A stretch of DNA of 64,000 bases from an uncultured Eggerthellaceae bacterium. GTDB taxonomy: Bacteria; Actinomycetota; Coriobacteriia; Coriobacteriales; Eggerthellaceae. This document shows positions 57,179-64,000 of this stretch, piece by piece (within the stretch, counting starts at the first letter, position 1; each line of letters opens with the position of its first letter). A model generated the notes under the pieces. It did no database searches. It was not told the DNA's origin and worked only from the letters and a program-made list of their open reading frames with translations. Where the stretch lies: positions 87,127-151,126 of the forward strand of contig CAUDUM010000007.1 in the NCBI GenBank assembly GCA_958452575.1. Reading direction: 5' to 3'. The position numbers and the translations under genes are program-made.

Positions 57179-58609
57179 ATGACGGTAGAGCTGAAGGCGG
57201 CGAAGGGTTTGGCGGCACGCGCCGCCGCCCTGGTGATCGCCGCTGTTTTGGGCATGGCGCTTGCGCTGCCCTCCGTCGCCGTGGCGGCGGAGGGGGAGGG
57301 AGCCTCTTCGAGCGCGAGCGCGCAGTCTTCGTCAGATGCGACGGCGTCCGACGAGGCGGCTTCCGGCGAGGTGACGGTGTCGGCTGAGGCAGACGCGGCG
57401 CTTGCCGAGGGCGCGTCGTTCGCGCTCGCGGACTTCTCCCGCGCCCAGAAGGGCTCCAACCGCGATGTCGACGGCGCCTACATCGGCTACAGCTACTACC
57501 AGGGCGGGGACGCCGACTACCTGGTCGCCGTGGTGACGGACGATTACGTGATCGTGCACGTCCCCCAAAGCGCGGCAGCACTCTGCGATATCTCCGATCC
57601 CTCCGTCCAGAGCATGCTGAAAAGCTGCCTGATCTCCCTTGACGAAGCATCCGTCAACGGCGGCGTGGTGGCCGACGCCGACGTGCCATGGGAATTCACG
57701 TCCGAGGGCTCCTGGGAGCAGGATGGCATCGTGTACTCGTTCGGGGTGGAGGCGGGCGAGGGCCGCTATTACACGACGGTCGCCGGCGCCGATGGAAGCG
57801 ACATCGTGAGCGCCACATCCAACGCGGCGCGCCCCCTCTATGTGGACTTCGCGCACGTCGCGGCGCCTTCCGAGGTCGACATCGTCCTGCCTGCGACGGG
57901 CATCGCTGCGGTGGGCGAGTTTCTTGCCAACCTGGACTGGAGTCCCTTGTGGGTGACGCTCAAGACCACGGGCGTTGCGATCGTGTTCATCTTCATCCTG
58001 GGCTTGGCAGCGGCCTACTTCAGCCTGCGCATCCCCAAGCGCGCCCAGGACATCGCCGACACGCTGTTCACCATCCCGATGGTCCTGCCGCCCACCGTTT
58101 GCGGCTTCATCTTGCTGCTCGCCTTGGGCAACAACTCGCCGGTGGGCTGCTGGTTCATCGATCATGGACTGCCGCTCGTGTTCAGCTGGCCGGCCACGGT
58201 CATCGCCGCCGTGGTGGTGGCGTTTCCTCTGATGTACCGCAGCGCACGCGGCGCGTTCGAGAACATCGATCCGCTCATGCTCGACGCGGCGCGCACGCTT
58301 GGATGGAGCAACGCGCGCATCTTCTTCCGACTGATGATGCCCTTGGCATGGAGCTCGATTGCCGCCGGCGCGGTGCTGGCGTTCGCGCGCGCTTTGGGCG
58401 AGTTTGGCGCGACGCTGTTTTTGGCGGGCAACTACGCGGGCATCACGCGCACCATCCCCATCGCGATCTACTTCGAGTGGATGGGCGGCGATATGGATGC
58501 GGCGCTGTTCTGGACCGGCGTGGTGATCGTGTTCAGCTTCGTCGTCATCCTGTTCATCAACCTGTGGGGCAGGCGCACCACCAAGTATCGCCGCGGTTCG
58601 GAGGAATAG
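57179..58609 (+). CDS. modB: molybdate ABC transporter permease fused to an N-terminal exported domain of about 250 aa
   Basis: The C-terminal 225 aa are colinear with ModB (PMVLPPTVCGFILL, FARALGEFGATLF, RTIPIAIY). The N-terminus has a signal/anchor helix, a Ser/Ala linker and a globular segment. Confidence 0.85.
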   Translation: MTVELKAAKGLAARAAALVIAAVLGMALALPSVAVAAEGEGASSSASAQSSSDATASDEAASGEVTVSAEADAALAEGASFALADFSRAQKGSNRDVDGAYIGYSYYQGGDADYLVAVVTDDYVIVHVPQSAAALCDISDPSVQSMLKSCLISLDEASVNGGVVADADVPWEFTSEGSWEQDGIVYSFGVEAGEGRYYTTVAGADGSDIVSATSNAARPLYVDFAHVAAPSEVDIVLPATGIAAVGEFLANLDWSPLWVTLKTTGVAIVFIFILGLAAAYFSLRIPKRAQDIADTLFTIPMVLPPTVCGFILLLALGNNSPVGCWFIDHGLPLVFSWPATVIAAVVVAFPLMYRSARGAFENIDPLMLDAARTLGWSNARIFFRLMMPLAWSSIAAGAVLAFARALGEFGATLFLAGNYAGITRTIPIAIYFEWMGGDMDAALFWTGVVIVFSFVVILFINLWGRRTTKYRRGSEE

Positions 58610-58612
58610 CGC

Positions 58613-59722
58613 ATGAGTCTGGAAGTCGATATCAAAAAAGAGTTCAAGACGTTCACGCTTGATGTGTCGTTTTCCGCCGGTGACGAGACGCTGGGGTTTC
58701 TGGGCGCGTCGGGCTGCGGCAAAAGCCTCACGCTGCGCTGCATTGCCGGCATAGAGACGCCCGATGAGGGGCGCATCGTCGTCAACGACAAGGTGTTCTT
58801 CGATTCCGAGCACAAGATCAACCTCACGCCGCAGGAGCGCAAGACGGCGCTGCTGTTCCAGAACTACATGCTGTTCCCCAACCTCACGGTGGCGCAGAAC
58901 GTGGCGGCGGGCATCGGCAAGGAAGTGTCCAAAGCCGATCGCGATGGCATCGTCGGCCGCGAGCTGAAGCGCTTCGGATTGGAGGGCTTCGGCAAGCGCT
59001 ATCCCGCCCAGCTGTCCGGCGGCCAGCAGCAGCGTGTGGCGCTTGCGCGCATGCTGGCGGCACGGCCGGGCATCCTGATGCTCGACGAGCCGTTCTCGGC
59101 GCTCGATGCGCATCTCAAAGAGGTGCTCGAGCAGAACCTCGTGAGCCTGTTCGACGCCTTCGGTGGCACCGTGCTCTATGTCAGCCACGACATCGACGAG
59201 GCGCTGCGCTTCTGCGATCGCATCGCGGTGGTGGACGCCGGCCATATCATGGAGATCGATTCGGGTGACGACTTGGTCAACAACCCGCGCTCGGTGGCGG
59301 CGCTCAAGCTGTCGGGCTGCAAGAACGCCACGCCCGTCGAACGCGTGGATGACGGTCATGTCTGGTCCGCCAAATGGGGCGTCACCATCGAGGTGGACGG
59401 TCCCGTCGCTGACGATGTCGCCTATCTGGGCGTGCGCGCCCGCTATCTGGAGCAGGTTGACGGTCCGGGTCTCAACTGCTTCCGCATGCGCGTCGACCGT
59501 GCGAGCGACTCACGTTTCGAGAGGACGGTGCTGCTGGGGTTCCTCGATCGCGACGAGCGCGAGGTTCCCACGGTGGGACAGGACGAGGACGAGATGAAGT
59601 ACCTGCATCAGCATATGTTCTGGCGTGTGCCCAAGGCGGGGTATGCGCGGCGCCTGCCCGAGGTCGGCGACGAAGTGTGGATCCGCATCCCCACCGACCG
59701 CATCTATCTGGTGGCGCGGTAG
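58613..59722 (+). CDS. modC: molybdate ABC transporter ATP-binding protein
   Basis: Walker A GASGCGKS, signature LSGGQQQR, Walker B LMLDEP and a C-terminal TOBE-like domain. Confidence 0.9.
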   Translation: MSLEVDIKKEFKTFTLDVSFSAGDETLGFLGASGCGKSLTLRCIAGIETPDEGRIVVNDKVFFDSEHKINLTPQERKTALLFQNYMLFPNLTVAQNVAAGIGKEVSKADRDGIVGRELKRFGLEGFGKRYPAQLSGGQQQRVALARMLAARPGILMLDEPFSALDAHLKEVLEQNLVSLFDAFGGTVLYVSHDIDEALRFCDRIAVVDAGHIMEIDSGDDLVNNPRSVAALKLSGCKNATPVERVDDGHVWSAKWGVTIEVDGPVADDVAYLGVRARYLEQVDGPGLNCFRMRVDRASDSRFERTVLLGFLDRDEREVPTVGQDEDEMKYLHQHMFWRVPKAGYARRLPEVGDEVWIRIPTDRIYLVAR

Positions 59723-59871
59723 CGCGCATTGGCGGGGTGACGTTCCGGCGACCCTGTGGAAGCTCCGGAGCGCGCGTGCGCTGCGCAGTCGCCGCGCATT
59801 GGCTAACCAGCCCCTTTTCCACAGAGAAATGCTTTATACTTGCATGCGATAAAACCGCAAAAGGAGGGCCT

Positions 59872-60873
<1,002 letters not shown>

Positions 60874-60896
60874 CCGAAACGATTAAAGGCAATGCA

Positions 60897-61014
60897 GGGT
60901 CGTCCCCGGGCGAGGGGTTCGCGCGCAGTATCCGCACGAGCCGAACCGTCCACTGGACGGTTCGTGCGAGCTCAGGACCTGTTTGAGCACGAGCCCCTCG
61001 CCCGGGGACGACCC
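60897..61014. repeat. palindromic element family 2, copy B (inverted relative to copy A)
   Basis: 21-bp perfect outer stem (60897-60917 with 60994-61014). The core at 60918-60993 is the reverse complement of 40177-40246, with 5 differences. Confidence 0.85.
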
Positions 61015-61059
61015 GGACGGGTGAAGGGGCTCCATCAGCCAAGCCATAAGGAGAACGCT

Positions 61060-61581
61060 ATGACCGATCAAAAACTCACCCACATCGACGACAAGGGCGA
61101 CGTCCGCATGGTGGACGTTTCGCAAAAGGCCGACACCGAGCGCGTTGCGGTCGCCGAGGGCTCCATCCTCATGCATCCCGAGACGCTGGCGCTCATCGTC
61201 GAGGGCAAAGCCGCCAAGGGCGACGTGCTGGCATGCGCGCGTGTGGCTGGCGTCATGGGCGCCAAGCAGACGTCCAGCCTCATCCCCATGTGCCATCCAC
61301 TCAACATCACCAAGGCCAAGGTTGACTGCGAGCCCATCCAGCCCGGCGATCGCGAGGACGGCCGCGTGGGCATCCATGTGACCACCACCTGCGGCGTCAC
61401 CGGCAAGACGGGCATCGAGATGGAAGCGCTCACGGCCGCGTCCATCGCCTGCCTCACGGTATACGACATGTGCAAGGCGGTCGACCGCGGCATGGAGATC
61501 GTGGACGTGCGCCTGCTCAAGAAGGACGGCGGCAAAACCGGCCTGTGGCTGCGCGAGGAGCATCCGGAAGAGCTCAGCTAA
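61060..61581 (+). CDS. moaC: cyclic pyranopterin monophosphate synthase
   Basis: [23 protein letters not shown] and [14 protein letters not shown] after AAGGAGA. Confidence 0.92.
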   Translation: MTDQKLTHIDDKGDVRMVDVSQKADTERVAVAEGSILMHPETLALIVEGKAAKGDVLACARVAGVMGAKQTSSLIPMCHPLNITKAKVDCEPIQPGDREDGRVGIHVTTTCGVTGKTGIEMEALTAASIACLTVYDMCKAVDRGMEIVDVRLLKKDGGKTGLWLREEHPEELS

Positions 61582-61680
61582 ACAACCCCTCCGGCACCTT
61601 TCGTGCGCATCGCCATTTCGCCTGACGGCACGTATAATGGACAGGCTGTGTCAAAACGCATGCGCGTGAAGGGGAGGGGT

Positions 61681-63135
61681 ATGGCACGCAAAACCAAGAT
61701 AATCTGCACGCTGGGGCCGGCCGTCGACGATGAAGCCACCTTGCGTGATCTGTTGGACGCCGGCATGAACGTCGCGCGCCTGAACTTCAGCCATGGCTCT
61801 CACCAGGAGCATGCGGCGCGCATCGCCGCCATCAAAAAGCTGCGCGATGAGACGGGCATCCCCTGCGCCATCATGCTGGACACCAAAGGGCCCGAAATCC
61901 GCACAGGTCTGCTTGACGATGGTCAGTCGATTCAGCTTTCCGCAGGCCAGACGCTCATCCTCACTTCGGACGAGACTGCAGACGGCTCCGATGGGCGCGT
62001 GTTCCAGAGCTGCCCTGCTTTGGCGGGAAGCCTTTCGTTGGGAACGCGCCTTCTGCTTGACGATGGCCTGATCGAGCTTACCGTCACGCGCTTTGTCGGC
62101 GACGACATCGAATGCATGGTGGAAAACGACGGCGTGCTTGGTCGGCGCAAATCCATCAACATCCCTGGTGCGCAGTTGCCGCTGCCCGCCGTCACCGATC
62201 AAGACCGCGCCGACCTTCTGTTCGGCATCGAGCAGGGCGTCGACGTGGTGGCGGCATCGTTCATTCGCGACGGTGCGGGCGTGCGCGAGATAAAGCGCTT
62301 CCTCGAGGAAAACGGCGGCGCTGGCATCGGCGTGGTCGCGAAGATCGAGGCCGCGGGTGCCTTGGACAACATCGACGACATCGTGCGCGAGGCCGACGGC
62401 ATCATGGTGGCGCGCGGCGATTTGGGTGTTGAGGTGCCCGCGTACCGAGTACCCTACCTGCAAAAGGAGATCATCCACCGGTGCAATCGCGAGTCGAAGC
62501 CGGTGATCACCGCCACGCAGATGCTCGATTCCATGATGCGAAACCCGCGTCCCACGCGTGCCGAAGTGGCCGATGTCGCAAACGCCATCTACGATGGCAC
62601 CGACTGCGTCATGCTTTCGGGCGAGACCGCCTCGGGCAAACATCCTGTGGAAGCCGTGCGAACCATGGCGCGCATCGCTTGCGAAACCGAACCGCACCTG
62701 TTCGACAAGCACGCACCCGACCGCAGCCGCACCCACGCACGCGCGTCGCTGGCGGTAGGCATCGCCGCTGTCCAGACAGCCGAAACGCTTGATGCCGCCT
62801 GCATCATCGCGCCCACGGTGTCCGGACGTACGGCGCGGCTTATTTCGAATTTGCGTCCGCGTATGCCCATCTATGCCGTCACGCCTGACGAGCGCGTGAT
62901 GCGCCGCATGCTGATGTGCTGGGGCGTAACCCCGTTGCTCGACGACATGCAGGGCGCTCGCCGCCAAGTGGTGGACAACGCCATCGCGAAGGCGCGTGCC
63001 GCCGGCTACGTCAAAGCGGGCGATCTGGCGGTCATCACCACCGGAGACGCCGCAACCGCTCCCGACGAGGACATCCGCCCCGGCGTCACCGGCATCGCCC
63101 CCACCAACGTGATGCAAGTGGTGCAGGTCCGCTGA
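61681..63135 (+). CDS. pyk: pyruvate kinase
   Basis: KIICTLGPA, MNVARLNFSHG and MVARGDLGVE. Confidence 0.95.
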   Translation: MARKTKIICTLGPAVDDEATLRDLLDAGMNVARLNFSHGSHQEHAARIAAIKKLRDETGIPCAIMLDTKGPEIRTGLLDDGQSIQLSAGQTLILTSDETADGSDGRVFQSCPALAGSLSLGTRLLLDDGLIELTVTRFVGDDIECMVENDGVLGRRKSINIPGAQLPLPAVTDQDRADLLFGIEQGVDVVAASFIRDGAGVREIKRFLEENGGAGIGVVAKIEAAGALDNIDDIVREADGIMVARGDLGVEVPAYRVPYLQKEIIHRCNRESKPVITATQMLDSMMRNPRPTRAEVADVANAIYDGTDCVMLSGETASGKHPVEAVRTMARIACETEPHLFDKHAPDRSRTHARASLAVGIAAVQTAETLDAACIIAPTVSGRTARLISNLRPRMPIYAVTPDERVMRRMLMCWGVTPLLDDMQGARRQVVDNAIAKARAAGYVKAGDLAVITTGDAATAPDEDIRPGVTGIAPTNVMQVVQVR

Positions 63136-63200
63136 GAAATGCTGCTGCTCGCCGACGCGGCGCCCTTTCTGCAGTTCCTGAGAAGGGTTTACGAGTAGTA

Positions 63201-63228
63201 TTGGCTCGTGCCGCGCATGTGTTAAAAT
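63201..63228 (+). promoter_or_regulatory. candidate promoter TTGGCT-N16-TAAAAT with TGt extended -10
   Basis: Read directly, about 37 nt upstream of the yebC start. Confidence 0.45.
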
Positions 63229-63264
63229 CTCCGGTCGGCAATAGCATCATCGAAAGGGACGGTT

Positions 63265-64000
63265 ATGTCTGGGCATTCAAAATGGGCAACCACGAAGCAT
63301 CGTAAGGCGGCACAGGACGCGAAGCGCTCCGCCTTGTTCTCCAAGCTGTCGCGCAACATCACGGTAGCTGCAAAGGAGGGCGGTGACCCGAATCCCGACA
63401 ACAACGCCTCTCTGGCAGCCGCCATCGAGAAGGCCAAGGGCTACTCCCTGCCCAAGGACAAGATCAAGACCGCCATCGACAAGGCGTTCGGCAGCGGCAA
63501 GGACGCGGCCAACTACGAGACCGTCGTGTACGAGGGCTACGGTCCCGCCGGCATCGCCGTGTACTGCGAGGCGCTGACCGACAACCGCAACCGCACCGCC
63601 GCCGACGTGCGCAGCGCGTTCACGCACGCGGGTGGCAGCCTGGGCACCTCCGGCTCCGTCGCGTTCCAGTTCGAGCGCAAGGGCCAGATCATGATCCCCA
63701 AGGAGATCGAGGGCGAGGGTAAGAAGGCCGGCATGGAGCCCAACGGCGCTGCCGCCGACGAGGATGAATTCATGATGGCCGTCGCCGAGGCCGGTGGCGA
63801 CGATTACGAGGACGCCGAGGACGAGTGGATCGTCTACACCAGCCCCACCGAGCTCATGGCCGTCAAGAAGGCTATCGAGGAGCAGGGCATCCAGGTGAAG
63901 GGCGCCGAGATGACCATGGAGCCCACCACTCCCACCGAGGTGAGCGTGGCGGATGCCAAGAAGGTCATGCGCCTCATCGATAAGCTCGAGGAGCTCGAGG
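63265..64000 (+). CDS. yebC: YebC/PmpR family DNA-binding regulator (3' end beyond the window)
   Basis: MSGHSKWATTKHRKAAQDAKR N-terminus, open to the window end. Absent from the ORF track because no stop falls within the window. Confidence 0.9.
   Translation, partial: MSGHSKWATTKHRKAAQDAKRSALFSKLSRNITVAAKEGGDPNPDNNASLAAAIEKAKGYSLPKDKIKTAIDKAFGSGKDAANYETVVYEGYGPAGIAVYCEALTDNRNRTAADVRSAFTHAGGSLGTSGSVAFQFERKGQIMIPKEIEGEGKKAGMEPNGAAADEDEFMMAVAEAGGDDYEDAEDEWIVYTSPTELMAVKKAIEEQGIQVKGAEMTMEPTTPTEVSVADAKKVMRLIDKLEELE

Noticed and set aside
59723-59871. Moco riboswitch upstream of moaA (also considered for the modA and Mo-enzyme leaders)
   Set aside because: The region has a duplicated CGCGCATTGGC box, but I could not recognise the conserved Moco-motif junction sequences. 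The length (about 150 nt, including the RBS) is marginal. This needs a cmscan with RF01055.

Overview
High-GC (roughly mid-60s %) chromosomal segment with about 50 protein-coding genes. Gene content suggests an anaerobic Actinobacteria/Coriobacteriia-like organism, but that placement is inference only. I saw no rRNA, tRNA, CRISPR array or intact IS element. The core genes are aroA-cmk-plsC-ispH, pgi, hypFCD, cydAB, two trkA-like genes, purB, glmS, acpS, nnrD, ligA, modABC-moaA-moaC, pyk and yebC (cut by the window end).

The most interesting region is a co-directional block of about 12 kb (29673-41827). It encodes two signal-less molybdopterin (bis-PGD) oxidoreductases, a 4x[4Fe-4S] subunit, an NrfD-type membrane anchor and a CCG-domain Fe-S protein. 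It also carries a DUF2064-like transferase, a zinc-ribbon radical-SAM enzyme, a ferredoxin-DUF169 fusion and a GNAT. I cannot assign this block to any characterised pathway.

Two dispersed, structured intergenic repeat families punctuate this block and also the Mo-cofactor, hyp and trk loci. Both show compensatory base changes in their stems.

Other oddities:
- a SpoVAC/SpoVAEb tandem-domain membrane protein
- a lower-GC insertion between acpS and nnrD
- a heptanucleotide microsatellite
- a truncated CheB/CheR-PAS remnant next to a C10 tract
- a ModB with a large N-terminal exported domain
- an iteron-like repeat cluster after purB

Many long ORFs antisense to real genes are GC-driven shadow ORFs and are not called.
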